A DNA stretch of 64,000 nt from Amoebophrya sp. A120 (Eukaryota > Protista > Dinoflagellata): positions 228,254 to 292,253 of the forward strand of contig CAJINV010000005.1 in assembly GCA_905178155.1 (NCBI GenBank). The letters run 5' to 3'. The notes under the pieces were generated by a model. It did not search any database. It worked only from the letters and a program-made list of their open reading frames with translations, and was not told the origin of the DNA. The position numbers and the translations under genes are program-made. Below, one piece after another: positions 37,099 through 50,110 of the stretch. Each line of letters starts with the position of its first letter. Position 1 is the first letter of the stretch.

Positions 37099-40081
37099 AT
37101 GTTTAGCGTCCTGATAATTCGCTTCTTCTCTAGAGAGTCAGAGCTCAACACGTTCGCTCGAAGTAATTTCGCAAGAATCCTGATCACTGTTCTCTTCTTG
37201 CACGTACATCTAGTTAGAACAGCAGTAGAGCAGAATGCCGCCTACACGTGGGACCCGACCAAGCTGCTCTGGCGCGGCCAGCGGGTGGGGTTCGTCCTGG
37301 ATCAGTTGCAGTTCTCGGCCGTTCTTCCCGAGGGGTTCTCCAAAACGGGCGACGCGCGGGGGACGTTTTTCGAGGGTCTGGAGCTGCCGGACGAATTTAC
37401 GCAATTCCAGCCGACTTTTGAACAAATGCTGGAGCACTTTGTGGAGAAGAAGTTCGTGCAGAGAGTGGACTTGGCGGAAGATTTTGCAGAAAAGGAACTG
37501 TTTGCAGCAGCAGGAAAAGAGGAATCATTGCAGCCCTCCACTAGACCACCGCGGCATCCCACAATTGCTAGTGCCGGAACGACGTCGACAACTACTTCTG
37601 CTGCAAGAAGAGCCGCCCTCCGTCGCTTAGTGCAGGAGGTTTTCACGAGCAGGCAATCCCCTGGCTTCATCCGGTTCCACATACAGCAGTCAAATGAGGG
37701 AGACGAAAAGGCGATGAAGATGCCCGACGGGAACAACCAGATGGTTCACTCCGACAACTACCTATTCGGCGGCGTGTACTACATCGCGTCGGACAGACAA
37801 GCCTTCATGACCACGGTGTACAGCTCTCCACGGGACAAGGTCGGGCAGCTGGGCCACGAGTACGCGATCTACGCGCAGGACGGGACGGCGTATCACAGCT
37901 CGAAACCGCACTGCGCAGCGGAGGGGCCGTTGGTGGCTAGCGACAGAAGTGATAAGGAGTTCGTGGCGGAGCAGGTGCGGGAACTACTTCCGAACGATTA
38001 CAAGCGATCTGTCGCGCGGCGAAGTGTCCGGACCTTTTTCCGCGTGTGGTTCTGGCATCCGACCTTGGTGCGGGACTCGCTGCTCGCACCGTATTTTCGC
38101 AGGTTAGAAGAACAAACGTCGAAAGAGCAAGACGTTGAGAGGAAGAAGCTGGAGTCGTTTGCGGCAATCTGCTCTGAGTGGGGTTATCAGACAAAGACAA
38201 GTAGCAGCGGCGGTACTACTGCGGCGCTGGAGATATTTTCCACGACCGAACTTTCGACGGTCTTGGAAGAAGGTGCAGCCGCCTCTTCGGCCGGTGCGAC
38301 GGGTGCAAGTGCTGTGGCCGCGTTATCAACACAAACCGACACCCTTACCCCTGTGCAGCCTGCTGAGGCAGTCTCTAGCTGTGCCACCGAGCCAATCGCC
38401 GATCGCCCCTCCAACGGTTGTCCCACCGCGTACGCGCGTGACAATCTGCTGTCCGGGAGGCAGTACGAATCAGCGGAAGAGTGCAAAGCGCTCGGTGCGC
38501 ATTTGGCGGTCGACATCACGTTCTCGAAATCACTATCGGACTTTCGACACGAGGTCAAATCACGAATGGAGAAAACGCAGGAAGAGCAGAAGAGAGATTC
38601 TCTTTTCATCTCCAATTTTTTCTACACCGCCAACGACCTCCCACTCGCACTATTAAACACGATTCGCGGCAGCTGCTTTCTCCGCGGTGGTAGTGCGCAG
38701 GCGGTCGTCTCCGATGCGTTTCCGCTGGGTTCCGGTTTACTCGCGAAAAAGGTTGAGGACGTTTTTTCCTTCCCCCACGCCAACGTCCACACGAACTTTC
38801 TTCAGTATAAAAATCCGACGAACAGTGTCACCGGCTTCCTCGACGCGATTGAGCAGCAGGCGTATGAGGTGACAAAGAAACATAACACGGACCTGGTCAC
38901 GATGAAAGCACTGACTACCGCCCTCCAGGAGGTCGGTGTTCCAGCGAATCTTGATGGTGATTTGCTGCATTCATATGATGCAGTTCGAGCGTTTTTTTCC
39001 GATGAAGTTTCTCCTACCACTCTGAAATTTCATCGACTGGAAAATCAAGAATCAGATTCTAATACCGACGAAGAACAAGAAAAACCAACCCACCACGAAG
39101 ACGCCGAGGACTCGCTGCAAGTCCTGAAGTCCTTCGTCTCACCTCTGACGGACATGAACTTCGTCACAGAAGAGGAGTGCGCAGTGAAATGCCAGGAATT
39201 CAACTTCAACCAGCTCCTAGAGTGGACGTTTCAGTTCGGGAACGGCGACCCGAATATGCTGAGGGCCTTATTGGAGCAGAAATTCTCCGCGAAAAAGAGC
39301 ACGCTCAACCCGCGTTTCTGTTTCGCCTACACGTTCATCGATTTGAACCACGGCGGCGACCCAGCCTCCTTTTACACGCCAGAAGTATCGGGTATCCGGT
39401 TGGAGCAAAGATGCTTGCAGAAGACGCCGCGGTGGAACAGGTCGTTGCCAAAAGTGGAGGACAGTGGGAGGAAAAAGATCGAGTCGAAAACGGTATAGGC
39501 GTTCTGTTTTCGATTTTTTTTTTATGTAATTTGACAAAAGCTTTCGACGCTTTTCGCGCATGTGAGGAACACTTGGACTTCGACTTGCACATGCCCTGCG
39601 TTGCGAATTCTGCAAAAAAAATTCTAAGGTTACAGTCAGCACTCTTCCGCACAGTTTGACGGACAACGCAGCGAATATCCTCCAAGTTTCCGAGCCCCAG
39701 CTTCTGAGCAAGAGCATCGAATTCCATGACTGCCCGGAACCTATGAAAACGTGGCGTTTGCAGTTCCGAGAGCCAACAATAATCAAGTCTCTGCGCATTA
39801 CTCCCTGGAAATACTCGCGGGCCGTGCAGCAAAAGCTGTCGTCGGTGATGGAAAAGTCACAGAGACTTCGAGTCTTGTTCGACGGGAGGGATTTCGACAC
39901 TCTCGCGGCAGCCGCATGTACCAGCCAACCGCCAGCGAAGGAGAGTCTTGTGGCGTTCGAAATGCAAACGCGGCTCGAGGACGTGCTGGTAAATTGCGAG
40001 GAGGGCGTGGCGGTGCAGCAGATCGAGCTGCAGTCCGCAGCTGATTATCCGCTGTGGCTCTGCGCCGTGGATGTGCACTAG
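37099..40081 (+). CDS. Large hypothetical protein with N-terminal hydrophobic segment
   Basis: 799-aa ORF plus a probable last exon (ORF 39656-40081) through a phase-0 GT-AG intron; no family recognised. Confidence 0.7.
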
Positions 40082-41300
40082 CGATTAGCGCGCGCGGTGC
40101 TTCGAGGCGGACGGGGAGGCAGACGGAGTTTAGCATGCAGTTCAAAATAAATCTAGTGACTTGATATTTCCTGTCGGAAGATGACACGAAAGCGCGAACG
40201 CACACGACAATGCTGTAAGCACCGATGTTGCGCGCTGCAGCATTGATCTTCTTTTGAGTTGAAAGAACGAACAAAGTACTATACATAATCCAACACAGGA
40301 GCGAATAAATCCAGTGCAAAGTCTACAGGTACATGCACTGCGACAGCTTTCGCGGTACGTGGGCCGCCCAGGGTGTTCTTTATCGCCGATCACAGTTGCT
40401 GAGTGTGCTGTTTTTTCTTGCGTCACCTTCTCCATTGGCACCCTGCGTAAACGTCACGAGTCTGGCGTTCGTGCACGACCCTTTTGTTTGTTTAATTCGA
40501 TTTGGCGAATTACGTATTCTTTATACGACAACACCTCAAAGAGCACGAAGTTGAAAAGTAGAAGCAAAATATGGCGGGGAAAAAGGAGGTGTCTCGTTGG
40601 ATGAAGGCCTTCGCGAAGGCGAAGGCAGCAAAAGTGGCAAAACCGGCACCGCTGGAGCGGTACACGAATCTGTCGCTTGGGCACATATGGTACTTCTTGG
40701 TTAGAGTGTCTTCGTTTGAGAATCTGCCTGCATGTTGATGCTCGCAAGATGACATGATTGCCATGTCGTGATGCATGTGAGGATTGGAAAAACAAAAAAT
40801 CTCTTTCAGGGAGAAGTTCGATTGCCAGACGCAACTGCTGTGCAGGGAAGCGATGCTACCGCTGATGCAGAGGAACCCAGAGCTACTGGACATGATCTCA
40901 TCTGCGAAGGCAAAGTGAAGAATTTTTGTGAACGACTGCAAGACGATCGGGGAACCCACCACTTTTGTGCTGTTACTGTATCGAAAAGACTTCTTTCATC
41001 CAAGCTCAAACGCCCGCGATTGCCGTGTACTGGGGCAGGCTCAGAATCAGATCTTCGTGCACAATGGAAAGATACACTGTGTTCTGTATGACTGTGTTCT
41101 GAGCAGCGCTTGTGACGAGAGTCTGCAACGCACCAGGCGTTTGAGTGAAGATGATCTTTTTGTTCTCGGTGCCGCGCAACATAACATGGGCGCTAGTTGT
41201 GTGCCGGTGCTGGCACAGCAGCTTCGCTTCAATAGGAATACCTCGTAGGGGCTTTTGCCCGGCGGCTAAGAAGTTTAAGTCCACAGTCAGTGCAAGTTAG

Positions 41301-44300
41301 ATGAAAATGCAGGGTAGCCAGCGTTCGCGTCCGCTTGGCGATTTTGCGTCGCGCAACCGAGACTTGCTGAAAAACTTTGACAGCGTCGTGGCCCACCGCG
41401 CAGAAGTGAGCGCAGCATCAGCCTCGGTGGTGAACAAGGGTGGGCCGGTCGTGATTCTGCCCAAAGCAGCGGCGTCGCCGACGAGGGCGTTGCCGGGCGG
41501 TGGCGCTGCATTAGGTCCAGCAACAAACAATATCCCTCGCCGGAGCAGCAACGTCGAGCAGGGTGGTTCAGCGTCACCGTCGTCTGCGAACAAAGTCGCA
41601 GGAGTAGTAATGCCTGCAAATACAACACTCGCAAGCCCGACAAATCTTCTTCCTGACAAACCGAAACTGGCGGTGGCGAAGCATGGTGTTCATAAATCCA
41701 GAAGCTCTAACATCGTGCTTGGCACGGGTAGCTTACATCTTGGCGGATCTGCTGCTACGGCTGCAGCTGCTTCGCCGAATGTTCAGAAGCCGGGCTTTCT
41801 CGACATCGTGGCTAGGTCACCGAGTGCGTTGGTCGTCGGGAACAAAACCGGAGATGCGGCAGATGGCGAGCAAGGTTGGAGGAAGTGGCAAGGATCTTTG
41901 TGTTGATGCGTGATGCGTGACAATTATGCTCGATACAGGTTTGATATTCTGGTTTGAAAATAAGTACTGGCAACATCAAACCTTGACTCATCCAGGTAAA
42001 GCACACCACGCGCCGGACGAAGGTGAAAACGCATCCCATACTTTCGGCGGCCCAGGCCTCGTCTCTCCCATGTCCGCGTCACCGTCGCCGTCCTCGCCGG
42101 GTCTTTCGCCCTCGCCTGCCTCACCTCCTATGCTGGAGAAGGAGGAGCTCGAGGACGTGTCGCAAAATGAGTCAGGTCAAGAGAGTGTTGATTCCGGTTC
42201 CTCGCAAGCCGGGGAAGAGGGTGCCGGCGCCGATTTTGTTGCTTCTCTTCCGTTGCAGCCCGCTGTTCATCCGGTGCCGGGAGGGCGGAGACGAAGCTCG
42301 TTTCTGCAGCAGGTCTTGACCGAAGACTTCACACGAGAATTGAAGATCGTGCAAGTGCAGCAGCTACGGCGAGCGAGCGTAACTTCGAAAGAGCAGGTGG
42401 GGGTGGAGGCAAAGCACGATGTTGGAAGCGAAAAGTCCCCCGCGCCGGCAGTGCATTTACAGAACGCGATGGTTGCAGCTTTTCCACCCCCTCCGACGTT
42501 GTTGAGCACAACGGACGACAGCAGCCGCGGCCTGCATGAGGAGAGCCGACTACTGGCTGACGATAAGGGAAGATTTTCACATCCATTTGAAAATCCGCAT
42601 GGGGGGGAAAGCGACGACTTAGCAGCGAGTAAAAATACAGTTGCTTCCACGTCCGAAGGTCCGTTGATTATCAAGCCGGAGCTGCAGCCATTCAACAAAC
42701 GCCCTATTCACCAAAGTTTGACGATCAAAACCGAAATTCAACGGCCGTCTTCTGCGGTAGCTGCCACGAGAACTACCTTGCAGTTACCAGCGGGGGCCGC
42801 TCCGGATGAAAAAAACAAGAATTCCGCAAGCAGTACTGACTTACTGACCAACCGGCCGAAGTCCGCGCAGGGAGGTGGTGCGGCAACAACAGCTGCAGGC
42901 CTGTCTCCTCGCGCCCCCTGGCGTCCGAGCACGAACACTAAGAACGCAGCGAATAATAATTCTGGCGTAAGCAAAAGCGAGAACACGAAAATGAAATTGC
43001 GCGTTTCGCGGAGGGACCCGCGGACCCTGCACGTCGAGGAGGTGTTGCGGTCGCGGCCAACGGAATGGGTGACTGGACCACGTGGGCCCCGGGAATCCGC
43101 TAGGGTGATCCAGGAACGGATTCTGAAAGAATTGAAAAGGGAGCAGAAACGGCACCGCGGGAAGAAGAGCCATTTGTTCGGGCCAGGGCTGGATCAGGTT
43201 TTGGCGTTACTCACCCCGAACCGGAGCTCCGCAAATTTAGGGACGGCGAGCAGTACTACTGGTGGACAGGAGAAGAGCCCGGCGGTGTCGTCCTCCCCTG
43301 GAGGTGGAGCTGCAACAGTCGAGCATATTACAGGATCCTCGAGCAGGCTGAGCGCACCGGGGTACCACCGAACGAACGCGTCAAATAGTGCGGCGACGTT
43401 AAAATTCTCGCCGAAGACGTTGCAGGTGCAGACCTCGATGAGTAGTTTCTTGAAACGAAAAGAGGAAACAGCGTCTAGTACTGCCGGTGCAGGAGCTGCG
43501 CCATCACTCGTGAAGGCAACAGGAGTTGGTCTGGTTGCGGCCCCTTCAAGTAGCGAGACCGCGGCGAACACAAGTCGTGTGGGAGTTATTTCTGGTGCAC
43601 CAGGCGCTGCGTCTTCACTGAGTACAACTACAAGCGTAGTAGTTGCAACTGAGCCGCCTGCAGCTACCTCCCCTTCGCAAGCTGCAAATAAGGCAGAGCT
43701 GCTGCAGTTACTTTCCAGCAAGGACAACAGCTCCAAAGATCGGTCCGCCAACGGCTCGAAAGCCTCCTCGAGTGGTGTGAGTCACAGTTACCAAGCAAAG
43801 AACTCGCCCGCTGGTTCGCCGACCAGCGCGGCGAACAGCATGCGCCGGAGTCCGCGCGTCAGTGCCATCAGCACGCAAAACAGCTTCAAGTCGGACGAGC
43901 AGCCACCAGTGTTGACGCCGAAGATGTTCGAATACGCGAACTTGGAGCTCGGATTGGACACGACGACCGGGATGACATTTATCAACACAAAAGCCCTTTC
44001 CTCTGTAGCTGGGACGACTTCATCTGCGTCAGGAGCTACAACTACTCTTCCCGCGGTCCAAACGCCGAAAGGCGGGAGCCAGCGACACTCTTTCAATTCG
44101 TCTTGTTCAAAACGGGACATGATTGCGCCGACGGTGGTCGCGCCTCCTTTGCTGTTAGAAACGAAATCTGTCGCGGTGGTGAAGCCCGTAGCGGTGCCTT
44201 CATCTTCGCAGAGAATCAGTGCGAAGGGAGACGGGGCTGGTGCTGTCGTGGGGAAGAAAACGATGAACCTTGTCCCTGAAAATAATAGTACAACGTCGAG

Positions 44301-45105
44301 CCCTTGTAATAATATCACCAGCAGCGCATCCGCGGTCGAGATTCGTTCCGTGAATAGCTCCGTCGCGGAAAACAAACTGCTGGGCGTCGAAAGGAACAAA
44401 CTGGAAAGTAATCAAACTAGAGACCACTTGAAGAGCAGCGCGAGTGCGACGCTGGCCGAGACCGGCCCGGCGAGCACTAGTCCAGGCGAGCAAGGTTGTA
44501 AGCGGTCCGGCGCGGAGCGCAGCCGGCGAGGAAGCGCGATTATTGGTAGCTCCCAGCCGCTGTCAACGGGTCCTCGTCGTGGCAGTGTTAATCTTAATAC
44601 CGGGAACAATAATAAAGCCAGTTCGGCACAACTATCAAACCTCGCCCCGGTGGAAAAGGACGATTCCATCTTCATCTACCACAGCCCGTCCGGCGAAAAG
44701 TCGGAAGAAATGCGACTTCTGGAGCAAATCCCCTCGCGGCGGCCGTCGAGAATCTTGCCCGAGTTCGAACTAGAAGCATTGACGGAAAGACGGGAAGAAG
44801 CAGAGAACAAGGGATCATCTCCCGCTCCTCACAAAGAAGTACTAGGGAACAATTCTGTGGAGGGAACATCAAAAGCATCAGCTTCGAATGCAGGAGCTCC
44901 CGCCGTGCAACAAGCCACAGGTTGTTCACAGAAGTTGCCATCCCCTGCTGCACCGAAGCCGGTAAGAATCAATCCCTTCGAGGCGAAGTTTCAGAAATTT
45001 GAAGCCGACGCGGAGCGGATTCGGCGTAAGTTGAGCGCTCTGCAGGATAACGACAAGCAAGAGGAGCCTGAGGAGGAGGAGGACGACGCTTCGGAGGAGC
45101 AGTGA
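41301..45105 (+). CDS. Large Ser/Ala/Pro-rich disordered protein
   Basis: ORFs 41301-41906 and 41917-45105 join through phase-1 GT-AG intron 41875-41995; true start uncertain. Confidence 0.75.
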
Positions 45106-45731
45106 TGGCGGGGGAAAAGTGTTTGCATTTTTGTACGAAAAAGTCTTGTTTCTGCAAAAGGGAGAATGACTGTTGTGGGTGTGAAGGTGGTATCTTCTGT
45201 GGTAAGTTCTTGTCATGATCGCTGTAAAAGCGACGGAAAGAACTGTGGCCACATTTTTCGCATTGTACTGAAGATCGTGCGTCTTACATGAATTGAAAAC
45301 AGATTTTACAATAGGTGGATATCATAGGCTCGAGAATAGTAAAATCGAAAATCGTCGCTCTGTGTGGTTGGTTCTTAAGCCTCGACCTCGACCCGTCGTG
45401 CAAAGCGAAGATCTCGTTTCTTGTTCGTGAGCTGCTCTCTCGTCCTGTTCGACGTTGGTCGCTGCGTCATGCAGTATACACCACTGCTGTAACTACCACG
45501 ATTTTGTCAGCAGAAATTATGTGCGAATAGTGTGCAGATGCCTGCGCTTTCCTGTACGTTTGTAGTTCGATGTGTTTTTAAGTATTTTGAGTGTTGTACC
45601 ATTGAAGGTGTGAGGTTTTTTGAAGACAACAAGGGCGACTCAGTGTACAACTGTCTTGCAGTTGAGTCCTTGTCGGACTAGAGAATAAAAACACACGCGG
45701 AAAAATAGTACACGATTGTTTCCACTACCCG

Positions 45732-48713
45732 ATGGCGGCCCTGCTCGCGGCTTGTGCTCGTCGGTGCACGAATCTTCGCCGTTTTACGAGAACAACCGAC
45801 AGCAGCAGTGCGCAAAACCAAAATCCCCAACATAAGTTCCCTGTCAGTGCTACAACTCCGCCTCCGGAAGACGAGGAACACCACATTTACGTCGAGGGCA
45901 ATATTTCGGATGTGAATTTTCCCGTCGACACGAAGCATTGGCAGATCATCATTCCCAAAGCGCACCGCAACTACGAGCATCCGGAGGAAGAAATCAGAAA
46001 TCCGGAAGAAATCAAAGCCATCCCGCTTTGCTCGCTGTCTCCCGACTACTCAAAACGGGTTCTGAAGAACACCATAGAATGGGACAGTTTTGGCTTTGTC
46101 GAGCAGTGCCTTCGGTGTCATCTACAATTGAAAGTGATGTTGGTGAAGAAGAAAATTCCTCGAGGGTCTTTAGGTGGCTCTTCCAGTAAGAGGGCGAACA
46201 ACGGATCATGGTCCTGTAGCAGAAGAAAATGCCGTGCGTGTTTAAGGAATTCGTGGAGAGGTTGTATACGTCGCATAATAAATCCATCAGCTGCACGACC
46301 CGCTCTCCCTCTCGAGAAGAAGCAAATCTTCTCGACTTGGGAAATCGGCGGGCCGCTTTGCCAACATCTCGAACTGCATGTCGAAATCGACACGGTGCAC
46401 TTCAATTGGATAGAAGGTCCTCCAGTGCTCTCCGTGGAGCTGCCGTTAGAGGACGAGGACGACGAGGATCATGTTGGAGAAAAAGAAAATGATTCTCGAG
46501 TAGATGACGGCGCCGGCGGAGAGGGAACAACAGACGTGGATCAGGACTCTTCCCCGTCCTCCAGCCTGTGCGAAGCGGTGACGCATTGCAACATTTGCTG
46601 GGAGGCGCATAAACACAAGTTCGACGGCTACGAGGAAATGGACACAAGCGAGGTGGACACTAGCGAGAGTGATAGTTCCAGTCCCGCGCGCTCCGATCAC
46701 GAATATGTTGTAGTAGCAACATCTACCAGCACATCAAGCAGTTGTGCCGGCAGTGATCCACCATCTAGTACTTCAATTTATTCGACCGCCGAAACAACTC
46801 CTGCTGCGATGAACAAGAGAAAATTATCGCTCGCCCCCGTCATTTTTCACAACAATCTTCTCCTCGAGATTTACCAATTTCTCCACGTCAGAGATTGGGT
46901 CACGCACTCCCGCGTGTCCAAGCACTTCCAACAAACTTTAAACACGAAGACCGCGCGTCTCTTCCTCTTCAGCAAATATAACCGCTTTTCGGCGTTTTCG
47001 AGTCTCTTGCTGCCCGAGCACCGGTTGTTCTACAAAATTTTCATTTTGGTCAGGATGCTGTTCAAGCGGGAGTTTTTCGAGGTGCAAAAAAAGCCCATGC
47101 GGTTGAAGGGCAGCGCGAAGTTCCGCTTCGAGCTCTTTCAGCGGCTGGACTGGCTAGAACCCATCCTGCGGATCTGCAAGGACCGAAAGGGCCCGAAGGC
47201 TCTGTGCGTCCACGCGCCATTTACCGCGGAGCAGGCAGCGGACGTCGAGCAGTGGGGCGGGCAGAATCTGGTCAAGGGGGTGTTGGCGCAGGCGCTGCGA
47301 TTCGGTAAGTACTTGATTTGCTTTGCTTTTCGGTCGTAGACTTCTTCATCTCTACTTCCGAAAGAATTCGGTAGAAATAAATGCGAGTTGAATATACACG
47401 AATAGTTACATACATGGTTCCACCGCCATAAAAGTTCATTCATGCTTCCACCACTTCAGGCGACTGCCACACCGCCGCTGTCGCCCTCAGCTACGGCGCC
47501 TCCCCCTTCGAGCCCTTCTGGGTCGTCTGCCCGTTCGGCGGGTTGCGCGCGCGGAAGGAGGAGTCCATGCTGTCGCTTGCCGCCGTTTCGGGGCAGGTGG
47601 CCTCCGTGAACTGGATTTTTGAACTGTACGAAAACCTCCCGGACGAGGAGAAGCGAAAACACCTGGAACACAGCCAGGCGGAGAACCCGGAGAACGAATT
47701 TCGCTTCGGAATCGACCAAACCACGCCCGTATCAAGTGTAAAAATGTCTGGGTCTGGAAGGATGTAATTTGTGATGCGCATTTCAGAACGCAAAAAAATC
47801 TCTGACGCATAGGCAGCAAAAGCTGCTCACTTTCTGTCACCAAAATGGGGGATTTGTCATGCGGATTCGGCATTGCGGAAGCTTCTCGAAACCTGTGATG
47901 CTAGAGCTTCCATGCCAGACCTTCTGTGTCATGCTGAAGCAGCATGATTCTTCCAGACCCAGACATTTTTACACTTGATAGCCCGGGCTGCAGTCCGCTT
48001 TGCACGCCGCGGCGTTTTCCGGGCACGAGGAAGTGTTGAAAATCCTGTTGCAGCACAAAGCGAACCCCAACGTCGAGGACGGAAACGGGTTCACGCCCCA
48101 CACGCTCGTCGAGTCCATGATGCAGCTGCGATTACACTACTTGGCCAGGGATCCGAGTAGGTGGAAACGAGTGAAGGACTTGCTCCGCCCGCGGCGACAG
48201 TTAGAACGGGAGCCGATGCAGCGGGTGGCCGAGATCCAGCCAGCGGTGCCAAACAATAATGATCCGGAGGAGGGGAGGGCGGAGCTTGTAGACAGAGTGG
48301 TCGATAGAGTCGCGGATCGGATCGTCGAAATGGCGGTGGAAAGAGTAGTCAACAATTTGAGAAGAGGTGGAGATGCGGGTGACGAAAATGGTGAAGAAAT
48401 AAATCCTACGAGTAGACCCCAACCGGGAGCGCCTGAACAAGCGGACTGGAACCTGCAATCCACGGCTGCTCCTGCTTTTGGCGCTCTTGGCGACGGAATG
48501 TTGAATAGCGGTAACGAGACCAACACATCCACCGGGTCCGGACGATTGTCCTTGCAGGACCAGTACAACAAAATTTTCCTTGTCGAGCAGAACGCCGAGG
48601 AAAATGCAGTTCGGCGCCGTGCTTTCACCTGGCCACAGAGTAGAGTACTAGGAGGCGTGGGAATCGAGGAGGAACAAGAGAAAAGCGGTGAGGCAGAAGC
48701 TGCGGCAGAGTAG
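45732..48713 (+). CDS. F-box-like plus ankyrin-repeat protein
   Basis: F-box-like NNLLLEIYQFLHVRDWVTHSRVSKHF; GT-AG intron 47305-47459; after introner removal, ankyrin repeat QSALHAAAFSGHEEVLKILLQHKANPNVEDGNGFTP. Confidence 0.8.
47730..47980. mobile_element. Introner/MITE family A, 251 bp, TSD GCCCG
   Basis: TIR plus TSD; interior is the reverse complement of the 4157/4730 subtype. Confidence 0.95.
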
Positions 48714-50110
48714 AGCGGCGAGAGTAGAAGCAGTGCGGGAAATGATAGACACTAAGGGGGCGCGGGCGGAGGAAGTGGTGCGAGCTGAGTCAACGGTTGA
48801 AAGGTCTTGCCTTGTCTTCAAGAAAGATTTGTTTTCAGTCATGTCAATTTTCCGGTCGCTAAGGTCTTAGTAGATTGAAACCGTGAGCGATGATGGCTAT
48901 TTTCTTTTAAAATTTCTTTCTTCGTCGGCAAGCTACTGCAGCAAGAACTGAAGCAAAATTTTTCGTAGGGAAAAGCAAGAAAGAGATACCTAATGACCGT
49001 CTTGTCTCAGATAGTGGACAACGCAAATAGACCTTAGAATCATGCCTGGCGTGAATTATGTACGAGCCTAAGCTGACATACGCGCGTACGTATGATCGTT
49101 CCCCCGTCACCATCTCCCATCGCGACCAGAGTTTTCATCAAAGTCGTACTAGCGTCGCTACGTCACAAGAAGGAGAGAATTGTGAGAGCAACAGAGAGAT
49201 TTGAGATATCCACCCAATCGTGTCGAGGGAGTGGTGAGTTGGGAGCAGTATCATTTTTCCCGATGGTAGTGGTACAGTGAGCAGTTGAGAGAAAGAAGTA
49301 ATCGTCTTCGACTCGTTGGGGGATCGATTACTGTCGTGGTAGTCTTGCAGATAAGTACGAAATTTTCTCAACTGAATATCGTCTTCGTACAGGTATTTCG
49401 ACTTTCCATGGTTTATCGATGCTGCACCGAATTCGTTTAGAAAGGTACCGAAATAGCGCACCCCATAGCAAGGTAACCCCATTTTTTCACCCGTCGTATA
49501 ATTGCCAGAGAGATTCACTTGGCTACTGGCTCGAAGCAAGTCGGTGCTGTAGTCTTTGCAGGCTACTGGCGCACCGCAAAGCACACGAGGAGCCAGTAGC
49601 ACACGCAGTTCGTGTGTCGTTTTTTGCTGAAGAAGCGGCTTGGTTCAGTGCGCGGTTCACTTACGGTTCACCGCACGACGAAAAGTGGCTCCGTCTCCGC
49701 TGTAAACTTACGAGCGCGACGGGACGAGCAGCACATTCTGATTTGCACCGTGGAATAATCAAATCCGACGGGGAGGTCTCTGGTACCTAGTCCTTCAAGG
49801 TTGTACCGCCGCTCTCTCTTTTGCCAAGCGAACCCAGGTATCTATCAGCAGTCAGGCGCAGTCGAGCGGTAAACTCTATCATCAGGAGGTACTCGCCGCA
49901 TCACAACGGACGAGCAACGAAGAGCAAGTGGCTGGCAAAGACCCCGAGGTGGACTACTTCTACTTCCCTTCACAACAGCCGCACCACGAGCATCGTGTTG
50001 AAAAAGACCACGAACCTCAACGAGCAAAAGCGTTGTAGCCCAACACTTCTCTTCGCAAGAAAAACCCCCGTTATTTTCAAATAAAACAATAACCGAAAAA
50101 CAAAGACGAA

